This document shows positions 25,780 to 38,303 of a stretch of DNA of 64,000 nucleotides, piece by piece (the first letter of the stretch is position 1; every line of letters starts with the position of its first letter). This stretch comes from Zygnema circumcarinatum SAG 698-1b (taxonomy: Eukaryota; Plantae; Zygnematophyceae), in contig CM074808.1 of assembly GCA_037447605.1 (NCBI GenBank), forward strand, positions 2,604,001-2,668,000, in the 5' to 3' direction. The position numbers and the translations under genes are program-made. Under the pieces are notes generated by a model. It did no database searches. It saw only the letters and a program-made list of their open reading frames with translations, and had not been told where the DNA came from.

Positions 25780-26400
25780 AGCAGCAGCAGAAAAACAACA
25801 TCAACAGCCTTACAAGCAACAACAACAACAACAACAGCAACAACAGTAGCAAAAACACAAAAACAATAGCAACACCAACACGAGTAGCAAAAAAAGAAAC
25901 AGCGACAACAACAACAAGAGAGCAATTACAACAACCCTAAAAAAAGCAACCGCTGCAACAAGAACAACAGCAAGAGTAGAAGCACAACAATAACAACAAC
26001 AACTGAAAAAAAAATAGTAGTAACAATGGAAAAGACAGGAGTAGCAGCAGCAAGAGCAGCAATAGCAGCAGAATAACAATAGCAACAACAACAAAAAAAC
26101 AAGCAGTAAACAAAGCAGCAGCAACAAGCAACAACAAAAAAAAAAGCAGCAAAAAAGGAAACAGAAAAAGAAGCAACAAAAGAAGCAACAAAAAAAAGAG
26201 CAGTAAAAAAAAAATAACAACAACAACAACAGAAAAAGAAGCAATGAGAAAAGCAACAACAACAAGAGGTACAACAACAAAGTAACAGCAAAAAAACCAT
26301 GAGCAACAGCAGCAACAGAAAGAGTAGCGAAGGAGACAAGGGAGGCATGGGCCAGGCCGAGGGAGGCATGGGCAAGGCCGAGGGAGGCAGAGGCAGAGTG
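25780..26400. repeat. (CAA/CAG/A)-rich low-complexity tract followed by ~3 x 21-bp tandem repeat
   Basis: aacaacagcaac runs; gagggaggcatgggc(c/a)aggcc repeated at ~26338-26395. Confidence 0.85.
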
Positions 26401-27035
26401 GGAAAGGCACGGAGAAAGTGCGAGAAACAACAGGGCGAGAGTGATAGAGGGAGAGAGCAAGAGAGAGAGTAAGGGGAGAGCAAAGAGGGAGAGACAAGGA
26501 GGGAGACAGCAACAGAGGGGAGTAGAGAGGGAGTACCTCTTCGCTTTGGCGTCTTCGCTCACCACTCTCTCCCGTGGTGCTCGCGGTTGCCGCAAAGAGA
26601 GCGCTGGTGTTGGGGGGAGCGAAACCCTAAAACTGTGCCAGTTCTGAAACGCTGCTCTGCGCGACGGCGGGTCGCGGCGTCCGGACGGCGGCGGTGAGGC
26701 GCTCGCACCTGCGTGACGCACATGGCGACAAGGCGGGGCACGATTCCTCATCGGCGGATTTGCTACCTTTTCAACAAAACCGAAACGCAGGGTCCGGAGG
26801 CATGGCGTTTCGGCGAGCGGATTTCGGAAATTTGGGGACATTTTTGTAACCTATTTCGTAGTACGGACGGGACATGACAGGTTCGGGGGAGCCGCGGTTT
26901 CCGATCCGAAACCTGGAAACGAAATCAATACCTTTCCGTATAGGGAATCATTGAATTTCGTAAGCGATTGTCAAGGTCTGACTCCCCCTAATTGTTCACA
27001 TCTTTTTGGAATCGATAAACGCTACTAGTCCTGAG

Positions 27036-27420
27036 TAGGGATGGCCCGCGTTATAAATTCCGAATATATTATATAATTTACAACGGGTTTAAAATTAGTA
27101 ATATATTACAAAGTAAAACACTTTATTACATATATTATACCCACTCGCTTTGAACAATTAACGACCGTACGACCGTACTCGTACGGTCGTGCGGTCGTAC
27201 CATACCAAAATTAGGTCGTTTTGGCGTTGGCGTTGCGAAATGCGTTCGCCTGGTTTTCTCTGTCTGCTCGTGCTCGGGCCGCATAATACCGTACAGTCGT
27301 ACGACCGTACGACCGTACATGTTGGAAAGGCGTTGTAAATTAATATATATCAGCCGTTATCTATTCGTCACAGTTGTATAATATAATATATAATATATAA
27401 TCGTAACTAATCCATCCCTA
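27036..27420. mobile_element. hAT-superfamily MITE (385 bp)
   Basis: TIRs TAGGGATGG...CCATCCCTA and a perfect 8-bp TSD GTCCTGAG (27028-27035, 27421-27428). Subterminal CGACCGTAC repeats occur in both orientations. Confidence 0.93.
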
Positions 27421-27439
27421 GTCCTGAGCGGCCGAGCGC

Positions 27440-28490
27440 CGTGAGCACCTTTTTCTGTCGGGCAGATTTTACTCCTTATCATTTATTTTCAGAGAGAAAA
27501 ATATCTGCCTGCCCGAATCCGCTCGGAGCGGAAAATCCGTACAAAAGGCGTAAGCCCGCAGCTACGAGGAAAGTCGAAAAACGTAATAATTATAAATTGA
27601 GTGCCTGAACCAATCACAGTTTGCCACGTCTAAAACGAGCACGCGGTAGATGGTGATTGGCAAGCTCTCAATGTAAGGAATCTAGACTTTCCTCGAAGCT
27701 GCGACCGTACGACTTGTGTACGGACATCGAGCCGGCTAAGGTGGGACACGTGGGCGTGTGCCATTCGCTGGGACCGAGCCCGGCTGCCGATCGAACGGTG
27801 ATCCGCCGTGGTGTGATCTGCGCTAGAATCGACGGTGCATAGTTTCTGCACGTGTGAAGGACGGCCACCCGCGAACGATCTCGTGGCGGACGGATCTTCT
27901 GCTCCGAGAGGATTCGGGCAGGCCGATATTTTTTTCTCTGAAAAAAACAAGAAGGGGTAAAATCTGCCCGATGGAGAAAGGTGTGTATCGATTTCAAAAA
28001 GGTCTGAAAACAAGGTGAAAAAAAAAAAGGAGAGAAGGTGTGAAAGGTGTGTTCTTTTTGGGTAGTGATATTTCCACCCCTTTTTTGGATCCAAACACCC
28101 CTTCCCGGCCGGGCAGATTTCAAAAGGGATTAAAAACGGAAAATGCTTTTTTCACACCTTTTTGGAATCGATACCCACCTTCTTCCGTCGGCTGATTTTA
28201 TTTTTGCTAACCAAGGAAAATGATACCTCGTCACCGCATTTTGAATACTGTGTCCCGCCTCCCTGATTTTTTATTTTGAGGGAAAGAAATATCTGCCTGC
28301 CCGAATCCGCTCTGAGCGGAAGATCCGTCTGCCACGAGATCGTTCGCGGGTGTCCGTCCTTCACACGTGCGTGTCAATCGCATCTGTCGATTTCCCTCGC
28401 AGATCGCACCACTGCAGATCACCGTTCGATCTGCAGCCGGGGCTCGATCTTAGCGAATGGAAAGCGCCCACGAGTCCCGCCAAAGCCGGA
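27440..28490. repeat. Non-coding element with ~230-bp inverted arms (27720-27950 / 28270-28490) and recurrent GGGCAGATTT/CTGCCCG motifs, probably DNA-transposon derived
   Basis: cgaacgatctcgtggcggacggatctt (27882) versus aagatccgtctgccacgagatcgttcg (28320). The same motif family appears at ~18020-18070. Confidence 0.7.
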
Positions 28491-28500
28491 NNNNNNNNNN

Positions 28501-30690
28501 CCGCACTGGCAGGATCCCTGGCCAGCTGCAACCCCTCACACCTCCTTTTCGGAAATGGGATAGTGTGGGTATGGACTTGATCACAGATCTTCCTGTGACA
28601 CCTCGGGGGCATGACTCCATCCTCGTCTTTGTCGATAGGCTCAGCAAGATGGTGCATTTTGCACCAACTACTAAGACCGCTGGGGCCGACGAGATTGCAC
28701 GGTTGTATGTTGACAAAGTGTGGAGCCAACATGTGATTAGAAATTGTGTGCGACGGCGATCCGCGATTACATTTGGTGGAGAGGAACTCCTCATTTCTTT
28801 GCCCGCCCGCTCATGCGCTTCCATGGGAGTTGGCGTTCCAATGCGATGATGACATTTCGATACTACCAGCGTTCGGCTGCATAGCCATTTACTACATGAG
28901 TGAACACCGAGAATATGCCTGTGGGAATACTTGAGAGAGAGAAAAGGATGGGAGAAAGCTCTGATACAAAACTCCTTAATAATAATCTTATCAACACAAA
29001 ATGAGACCCCCTCTCAAATAGCCCAATAAACTCAAAAGCCCACTCACCGCTAGAAGACAAGGCAAGTGTAATGTTCAAAGAACACGCAGCATCACCGAGT
29101 TCATAATAGCTACGCTTGATAATCGGTTAAAAAGATTAACAACCAAACAAAACAACACACTATATCTGATGTCACAACATCACGTGACACTACCATACTA
29201 GCAAGCTCATAACATGCAATTTAGCGGCATGAGGGAGGTATCCCGATCCTCATCTGTGGTCGGATCCTCATTAGGCTCACCACCACCACCACCTGCGGAT
29301 CCCGTCACGTTTCCTCGCGTCGGTCCAGGCTAGGCCTCCCAGGTAATCCGTCTTGCTGGCCGGTAGAAGTCGACCCGCCTCCAAGATTGATGGCCAGCGT
29401 CCAAGCTCCGGCGTCATTCGCCGCGCCACCGACATCGGCCTTACGCTCCATTTTAATGATGGTCAGCGGCGCCCGACATTTTGGCCGCCGCGCCAGCGTC
29501 AAGTCGGATAGTTCAATCAAAGGTTGGCGCCCGGCGGCGTCACTTCCGATTAGCGCTGGCCCGGTGTAGCGTCAGCGCCCATCTTCGAGTGGCGCTCGCG
29601 GCGGCGTAAGCGCCGTCACTCGATTAGTCGTGGCTCCTGCGTCGCCGACTCGCGCGCGCCTCTTCCAGGCAAATGTCCCAGTACGCCCAGCCTTACCTAC
29701 TAGCAAGCACGCCCGCCAAGGAAACACACAACACAAACACACAAAACTAATGTTCCAACAAAACATGCTAACTATCATACACTAACAGATTCACCGGCCA
29801 TTTTTGGACGGAAGTGCTCAAAATCGTGGGGACCAAGCAGGCGCTGAGTACAGCTTTCCACCCGCAAACCGATGGCCAGACGGAAAGGGTGAACAGGATC
29901 CTGGAGGATTACCTCACTGGAAGCATTATGTGAGACCTACGGATGGGTGGGACGAAAACGCTCCGATGGGCAGTATGCCATCAATAATGCTTGCAGTCCA
30001 TTGGTACCACCCCTTTCTTCTTGAACTTTGGCGGCATCCTCTAAATCCCACAGCCAAGGGATCAAAGCCCACGATCGGTGGGAACATGTAAGAAACGTCC
30101 CACACACAGAACCCCGATCATGAGGCGAGAGGACTAATGGGACTCAACACCATGATGAGATCTTTTGTCGGCTAATATGCGGCTATGAGAACGCGGCGGA
30201 CCACGCTAGCGGCCCGATCTGCGACAGAGCCTATCGCGACGTCGCAGTACCCAACTCACCTTCAACGAAGGCGATGAGGTGTTGCTAAGTACGGCGAACT
30301 TGAGACTCAAAGCTTATGGCGGAACACGTAAGCTGTGGCCCCGCTTCGTCGGACCTTTCCGGGTCGTGAAGCGAATCAATGATGTCGCTTACAGGTTGGA
30401 TTTACCAGCCCACATGAAGGTGCGTCCGATTCTTTCATGTGGAAACTGTGAGTCTGAAAGTAGCGATGGGAGGATCCGGCCACCTCTCCCACCGGTAGAA
30501 CTTAAGGTGAACGAGTATGAAGTTGAAACCATTCAAGCCCACCGTATTGTGAGAAAGGGTCGATCTTCCCGTCACGAATACCTCGTGAAATAGTTGGGCT
30601 ATGGGGTTGAGCATAGCACGTGGGAAGCCGAGGGCAACTTGACCAATTGCCAGGAGCTCATAAACTTGTCTTGGAGGCCTTGAGGAAGCT
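28501..30690 (+). mobile_element. Ty3/Gypsy chromovirus integrase and chromodomain remnant, interrupted at 28733-29787
   Basis: WDSVGMDLITDLPVT...ILVFVDRLSKMVHFAP; RFTGHFW...[23 protein letters not shown]; KLWPRFVGPFRVVKRINDVAYRLDLP; EYEVETI...EYLVK*LGY..EHSTWE. Contains stops and frameshifts. Confidence 0.93.
28733..29787 (-). mobile_element. Copia-type LTR plus truncated gag start, inserted antisense in the Gypsy integrase
   Basis: Begins TGTTAGTGTATGA (minus strand, 29787). Both ends are homologous to 31318-32250. Confidence 0.8.
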
Positions 30691-30850
30691 GAGGCGAGGC
30701 GGCTCGGGGGGTTCGGCGGAGTCAGCGCAGCTTCGGAAGGACTTAACGGGATTGCTCGGTGAGCCCTCCGGTTGTCACGTGAACTTCGGCGTGTAGTTGA
30801 AACTACAGTTGCCTTCTTACCTGCATTGAGCGGCGTTCACATTCTCCTGC

Positions 30851-31317
30851 GAGGGGGTAATGTGGCGAAATGCTCTGATCACCCAAGGGGAGGGATTACT
30901 TAAAGCGTGGCCTTACATGTTTCCATCGATGCATTACCTAATGGTTGGGGCATGGATGATATCTATGGGAACTGACGAGAGAGGTCCTAGGTTGAGCAAG
31001 TAGAATTGGTTCTGCGTGGGGGCACCACATAGTCACCCGGTCGCCCACATAACCACGCCAAGGTCCTCTTACATTAGGGAGGATTGGGGATTAGCGGCAC
31101 CCGGCGGGACCAATCGGTCCGCGGTGAATCTCGGGCGGCGGTCAGGATCCCCCACAGAGCTCGGCCGGTCGTCAGATGCGATTCACGATTCGTTGAATGA
31201 GACGGGCCGATAGTGAGACCCAGCGCGCGCCTTGGCGGAATCTTGTGGCGTATGCGTTGTACACCTCGACCCATTTGGGTGAGAGGAACGTGGCGATGCC
31301 AGCGGGCGGCCACTATT
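30851..31317 (+). mobile_element. Polypurine tract and start of the probable 3' LTR of the chromovirus
   Basis: GAGGGGGTAA immediately followed by TGTGGCG at 30861, downstream of the chromodomain. Confidence 0.6.
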
Positions 31318-33060
31318 TGTTAGTGTATGATAATTGCATGTTTTGTTGGAACATTAGTTTATGTAATGTTTATGTTATTAATGTTTCCTTAGCTGGCGGT
31401 CATAAGATTAATGTAGTAGTCTGGACATTTGTTGGTGGAAAAGCGCTTGGCCTTGGTGGAAATCCGAAGTAACCGGCGGCAGCGGCAAATGGAAAGTGGC
31501 GGTAAGCGCGAATAGCGGCCAGCAGGCGGAGTGAAAAGATAATGGTAGCGGCAGCGGAAATCTGCCTTGATCGGAAGTGGCAGCGTCAACCTTTGGATGA
31601 AACGGTCGGACTTGGCAGCGATCTTGACGTCAAAATGCTCAGCCTTAGCGATTCATCATTGTCTGGGCTGGCGTCCTAATACGGTGGCGTCACGGCAGCC
31701 TTGAGTTTAACCCGTCATCAATCTTAGGCCCGGGGTGAATCCTCTGGCGCAAGGCGTGGATTAGCAAGTGGATCGTGAGACGTCACGAGGATCACGTATG
31801 AACTGACGAGGATCCAGCGAGGATGGCCGGGGATAGGGCCCTTTAGAAGACCCGCTGGCGGAAATGTTGTGAGCCGTAACATAGTAGTATCCGGATGTTG
31901 TGACATAGTATATAGTGTGTTGTTTTGTTTGGTTATTAATCTTTTAACCCGATTATCAAGTAGCTATTGAACTTTCACAGTACGTGCTGCGTGTTCTTGA
32001 ACATTACACTTGCTTGTCTTTGCGAGGTAGTGAAGCTTTGAGTTTATTGGGCTATTTGAGAGGGTCTCTCATTTTTGTGTTGATAAAAGTTATTATTAAG
32101 GAGTTTTAGAGCCGAGAACTTTCTCTATCCTTTTCTCTCATTATTTCATTTGTACATATGCAGAGAGGTTCACTTTCGTAGTAAAATAGGCTAGTGAATG
32201 TGAGAGTTTGGGAAATGTCATCATCGATTGGAAGCAGCGAACTCCGATGGAAAAACAAATGGGCGGCGTGGAAAATCCCTCCTGTGGTGGCTATCAGGAA
32301 GCTCATGGTGGCAGGCGGGAGGCCCGTCAGGATTCGGTATACGGCGTTTGATGGGCGGGGATTACAAGGCATGGAGATGGAGGTTGGTGCCTTTTAGCAC
32401 ACGTAGACAGGGTTTGCTTAGATATGTTGATGGCGGCATCAAGGAGTTGCAGGAACCTCGGCCGGGCGGTAGAACGCGGCATTGGCGCTGCGATGGAAGG
32501 CCAGGACATGAAAAGCCTGGCATGAAATAGTTATGGCGTGAAGTCCATCTCTATGCTGGCATGATGCGAAACCTCTCATGTATGTGGAAGTGTCTAGAGG
32601 AGATGTATGATGTGAAAGACAATGTGACAATAGTCAGTCTTTACACACAGCTAGGCAAGATGAAGATGACTTCAGAGGAGAAACTAGAAGCTTATATGGT
32701 CAGATTTGATGCATTGATGGAGAGGTTCATAGCCTTGGGGAAACCGTTAGATGCAGACCATAAGATAAGCCAGTTTCTAGGGGGTTTGCCCGGGAGATTC
32801 GAAGTTTCAGTGGCAGCCTTGAGGACAGTTCTGACNNNNNNNNNNCCGCTGTGCATATTCTGAGAGGTTCACTCTGTGAGTAAAATGGGCTATGAGTGAA
32901 TGTGAGAGTTTGGGAAATGTCATCATCGATTGGAACGCGAACTCCGATGGAAGGTGATGCGAGTGGAGAAGCCGGCAGCAGTGGAGGAGTCCCTCCACCA
33001 ACACCTGCTTCCAATCCTCCATGCTGGTAGGAGGTTCGACGGGGGAAGCGTAAAGGGGCG
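31318..33060 (+). mobile_element. Ty1/Copia LTR (~0.9 kb) plus degenerate gag; a further LTR-end/gag start follows the gap at 32846
   Basis: LTR starts TGTTAG at 31318. Gag remnants FDGRDYKAW and MWKCLEEMYDVKDNVTIVSLYTQLGKMKM..EEKLEAYMVRFDALMERF..LG...KISQFLGGLPGRFE are Retrotran_gag_2-like. Confidence 0.85.
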
Positions 33061-33224
33061 TGGGTGACTGTCGTCACCCAACCAACGTACCGGCATACGG
33101 TTGCACCCCCACCCGGGGCTGCTCCCGCTTTGAAGCCCTCTCTTTCTCTCTCTCTCAACTCTGAGTGCTGGTTGAGTGCAATTCCGCGCAGGCTGAAGAA
33201 GGTAGATTTCAGCCGTGACAGTCC

Positions 33225-34805
33225 TACTCGCTTGCTTGCTATCACCCCCCTTTGTATTCTTTTCAGTCGCCCTTCTTTTTGCCTTAATGATGGCAATGCG
33301 GTCTACCCATTCTCGTTGTCCACCTTGGCTAGAAGAGTTGGATAGACATATTGATCATCCAAATTACCTAATCTGCAAAGATGAATCCAACTTATCAATA
33401 AAAGAGTTATTGAAAATTATTTCTCCTTGCCTCGACTGTACTACCCATCCCTAAGTACACAAAAGTGGACCTTGATGTCTAAATGCAAACGCATATTCAA
33501 CAACACTATAAGGATTCACTTTCCCCACTTTTGAAATCATGCATAAAACTCGACTATATGATGGACCAACAATAGTAGTTGGCATATCTTGAATAAATAA
33601 ATCACATAGACGTACACTTTTTTGGTCATCCCAACAAAGCATCATTTGCTTAGCAATAACTACCATACTGCCAATGCTTCAAATGTAGTTTATCATCAAA
33701 AGTAAGTATATGCTTTAAGATCCTCCTATTGAAGTGTGCAGGCTACGATTCCTTGCTAATGATCAATAAAGTTTTTGTAGACAAAAAAAATACTATTAAA
33801 AAAAAGGTTATTGATAAAAAAAAATGACTGAAACCCTAAAACTTTAAAACCTAAAACATAAAATCCTAACCCCAAAACATAAAAAGAGAAAAACAAACAA
33901 AAAGACGACAAAAAATAACTTACTCGTTTAGAGATTTTAGAGATTTTACAAATGAGTGCTTTAACAACTTTGTAATAGCTTAGTTGTTAAAGCGGTCGCT
34001 AATTTTTACACCTAATGACACATAATCATCTAAAATAGATTTCAAGTTTTTTTGAGCCAATTGCAATGAAAATATTGTATTTGTCCTAGTATGCTTTGTG
34101 AAACGCTTTGCTTGTAGAATACCATTATCTAATCTCCAAAATAAAAAGGATCCGCACTTTTTGCATCGGGGATTAGCTTACACTTAGCTAGATTACACCA
34201 AGCAATAAATTGGTTCACTATGCTACAATACGAGAAGAACGGTAGTGTGTGGATGCAATACAGTGATTTATGCTAGCAAACACTGAGCTTGTTACATATT
34301 TGCCTTGCAACACAACGAAAAACGAAAATACTTTAACCTGAGAAAGAGGAGGGGAGAAGGAGGCAGAGAAAGAGAAAAAAAAGTTCACAAAGAGGGAAAG
34401 GAAAACAAAGAAAGGGGAGAAAAAGAGACGCTTAACACCCTAAACCCAAATCCTAAAACATGAAAACCCCCCAAAAAGTATACATTACCTTTCTCGATTA
34501 TTTCATTCGAAAGAAATGTACATATCTATACATACCTTTGACTCATCGGTATGCTGCGACAATTTTCCATTGCAGTCACCAAGTCAGTCGCAATATTCTT
34601 TGGCCTTACAAAAATAATTTTCAATAACTCTTCTATCAATAAGATGGATCCATCTTTGCTGATTAGGTAATCTAGACAATCAATACGTCTATCCAACTCT
34701 TCCGGCTAAGGTGGACCACGAGAATGGGCAGATCGGATTGGTAAGGGCGAAAAGAGGGGCAAGTGGAAGGAATACAAAGGGGGCGCAGGCAGGGAGGCGG
34801 GCGAG
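33225..34805. mobile_element. Non-autonomous element with ~220-bp terminal inverted repeats
   Basis: cccattctcgttgtccacctt...gagttggatagac (33305-33347) versus gtctatccaactc...aaggtggaccacgagaatggg (34687-34727). AT-rich interior with AAACCCTAAA-like repeats. No TSD identified. Confidence 0.7.
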
Positions 34806-35213
34806 CCCCCCCCTCAGGCGATAACAAACGGCGGGAGGAAAGGACGGCGAGAGGGAAGGGCGTTCAGGAGAAACGATAAGTTTAGGTTCAAGAAACCACG
34901 AGGACGACTCGTGGTCCGCAGCGGCGAGTACAGTCCGGCAAATATCGTATCGTATCGTATCGCATTCCTACGTTTCCATGGCCGTCGCCCCCCATCCGCT
35001 GTTGGGTTACAAGCGACGCAACGGCGATGTCGCCGCTTGGAGAGGTAGCGGTCTTCGTGGTTTTTCAAATTTCGCCGCGAGGAGACGGCGCGCGGCTGTG
35101 CCTGGACGTCTGTCTAGAGGGGTCACCGCGGTGGTCACTGCGGGGCACCGTGACCCCGAACATCGTGACCGGGTATGAGTACTGTATTGACTTGAGCCCC
35201 GCGTCCGTACCTG

Positions 35214-38200
35214 CCCATAGCCGTACCACGCAACGCTCAACCATGCAACACCCGTACCACCGGTGCCCCCGGAGCTGCGCCGAACCGGCGGCGGGGCCGC
35301 GTGGGGCTGCGGCGCGTACGGCGGGCGGGGGCGCCCCGGGACTGCTTTCCCCCGATCGCGGGAGATCGACGGTCGCTCGCGGGCGCGCGGGGCAAGAGCG
35401 GTTATCATAGGGCGTCCTCGGACGAGGCATGTCCCGGACACGGATTGTCGTAAATGGGGGGCATGCCCCCCCCCCGGGGCATGCCCGTGCCCCCGTGCCC
35501 CCAACCCTACCCGTGACCCGTCGGGCCTGGGCGTGGGCCGGATCCCCTTGCGCTCTAGCGGGCCCTGAGGTCTGCCTCTGCGTTCCGGGCCGTGCAGGGA
35601 GCTTCCGTACTCCGCCACGTGGCGTCTCGCTCCCTCCCGCTCGTCCGCTGCTCTCCCTACCCTCGCCTCTCGCCCCCTCACCCGTGCCCCGGACAGGAGC
35701 CCTCCCTTCCCCTCAGCTCAGCATTGAGGCAGACCCTCACGGGAGGGGTCAGCATTGAGGCGAGCGAGAGGGGTCGATCAGAGAGGGGGCGGTGGCGGCA
35801 TGGAGCCATGGCGGCCGTGGGAGTGGTGGCGCGACGTGCACACGCGCACGTTCGTGCTGGTCAACGTGGCTGCCGTGCTAGAGCGCGCGGACGAGGCTCT
35901 CCTGCCGGCGGTGTACCGCGAGGTGGGCGCGGAGCTGCGCGTGTCGCCGGCCGGGCTGGGTGCGCTCACGCTCGTGCGCTCCCTCGCGCAGGCGCTGGCC
36001 TTCCCCCTCGCCGCGCTGCTCGCGCTGCGCTGCCCCCGCGTGCAGGTCGTTGCTGCCGGTGCGCTCACCTGGGCGCTGGCGACGTCGGCAGTCGGCTTCT
36101 CCTCCTCCTACATGCAGGTGAGTGGCTGCTTGAGGCAGCTGCTGGAGTGAGGGGAGGTAGCGGAAGGAAGAGGAAGGAGAGGAGGGCGGACGGAGTGGAA
36201 GGAGAGTAAGGAGGAGTGGGGAGGGGAGGGAGAGGAGGGAGGGGAGGGGAGGGGAGGGAGGTGGAGGAGTGGAGGGAGATGAAGAATAGGTGGGAGGAGG
36301 GGGAGAAGGAGGGAGATGAGCGAGGGGAGAGGAGGGAGTGGAGGAAGGAGGGAGGAAGGAGGGATGAGGGGGAGGAGGGAGAGGAGGGAGAGGAGGGGGA
36401 GGGAGGGAGGGGAGAGGAGAGGAGAGAGGGAGGAGGGGAGAGGAGAGAGGGAGGGGAAGGAGAGAAGAGGAGGGAAGAGAGAGAGTGCAAGGAGCGGGAA
36501 TCGCAGGAGACCGAAGGAGCGAGGCCTGCAGCTATAGGAGGGCTGCAGAGGTTTCCTTTGTATGGCGGATTTTTTGCTGAGTCAAATAGTCAAGTCTGAG
36601 TTTCAAGAGTCCGTGAAGCTCTGCTACTAGGGGTGTCCGGGCTCTAGGTCTTCTTGTTACTCTCCACTGTCCATCCTACCCCGGCTTGTCTCCCTTGTCT
36701 TGTCCCTCGCCATCGCCCTCTCCCTCTCCCTCTCCCTCTCCCTCTCCCTCTCCNNNNNNNNNNCCCATAGCCGTACCACGCAACGCTCAACCATGCAACA
36801 CCCGTACCACCGGTGCCCCCGGAGCTGCGCCGAACCGGCGGCGGGGCCGCGTGGGGCTGCGGCGCGTACGGCGGGCGGGGGCGCCCCGGGACTGCTTTCC
36901 CCCGATCGCGGGAGATCGACGGTCGCTCGCGGGCGCGCGGGGCAAGAGCGGTTATCATAGGGCGTCCTCGGACGAGGCATGTCCCGGACACGGATTGTCG
37001 TAAATGGGGGGCATGCCCCCCCCCCGGGGCATGCCCGTGCCCCCGTGCCCCCAACCCTACCCGTGACCCGTCGGGCCTGGGCGTGGGCCGGATCCCCTTG
37101 CGCTCTAGCGGGCCCTGAGGTCTGCCTCTGCGTTCCGGGCCGTGCAGGGAGCTTCCGTACTCCGCCACGTGGCGTCTCGCTCCCTCCCGCTCGTCCGCTG
37201 CTCTCCCTACCCTCGCCTCTCGCCCCCTCACCCGTGCCCCGGACAGGAGCCCTCCCTTCCCCTCAGCTCAGCATTGAGGCAGACCCTCACGGGAGGGGTC
37301 AGCATTGAGGCGAGCGAGAGGGGTCGATCAGAGAGGGGGCGGTGGCGGCATGGAGCCATGGCGGCCGTGGGAGTGGTGGCGCGACGTGCACACGCGCACG
37401 TTCGTGCTGGTCAACGTGGCTGCCGTGCTAGAGCGCGCGGACGAGGCTCTCCTGCCGGCGGTGTACCGCGAGGTGGGCGCGGAGCTGCGCGTGTCGCCGG
37501 CCGGGCTGGGTGCGCTCACGCTCGTGCGCTCCCTCGCGCAGGCGCTGGCCTTCCCCCTCGCCGCGCTGCTCGCGCTGCGCTGCCCCCGCGTGCAGGTCGT
37601 TGCTGCCGGTGCGCTCACCTGGGCGCTGGCGACGTCGGCAGTCGGCTTCTCCTCCTCCTACATGCAGGTGAGTGGCTGCTTGAGGCAGCTGCTGGAGTGA
37701 GGGGAGGTAGCGGAAGGAAGAGGAAGGAGAGGAGGGCGGACGGAGTGGAAGGAGAGTAAGGAGGAGTGGGGAGGGGAGGGAGAGGAGGGAGGGGAGGGGA
37801 GGGGAGGGAGGTGGAGGAGTGGAGGGAGATGAAGAATAGGTGGGAGGAGGGGGAGAAGGAGGGAGATGAGCGAGGGGAGAGGAGGGAGTGGAGGAAGGAG
37901 GGAGGAAGGAGGGATGAGGGGGAGGAGGGAGAGGAGGGAGAGGAGGGGGAGGGAGGGAGGGGAGAGGAGAGGAGAGAGGGAGGAGGGGAGAGGAGAGAGG
38001 GAGGGGAAGGAGAGAAGAGGAGGGAAGAGAGAGAGTGCAAGGAGCGGGAATCGCAGGAGACCGAAGGAGCGAGGCCTGCAGCTATAGGAGGGCTGCAGAG
38101 GTTTCCTTTGTATGGCGGATTTTTTGCTGAGTCAAATAGTCAAGTCTGAGTTTCAAGAGTCCGTGAAGCTCTGCTACTAGGGGTGTCCGGGCTCTAGGTC

Positions 38201-38303
38201 TTCTTGTTACTCTCCACTGTCCATCCTACCCCGGCTTGTCTCCCTTGTCTTGTCCCTCGCCATCGCCCTCTCCCTCTCCCTCTCCCTCTCCCTCTCCCTC
38301 TCC
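35214..38303. repeat. Apparently identical 1540-bp tandem duplication (35214-36753 / 36764-38303), each copy ending at a 10-N gap
   Basis: The ORF track is identical at offset 1550, and both copies end in the same (CTCTCC)n tract. Confidence 0.9.

Noticed and set aside
25810-26841. 343-aa L/F/C-rich ORF and neighbours
   Set aside because: These are translations of (TTG/CTG)n low-complexity sequence.
35007-35758. Overlapping GC-rich 100-220 aa ORFs upstream of the MFS gene
   Set aside because: Open in many frames because of very high GC. More consistent with a CpG-rich promoter/5'UTR.
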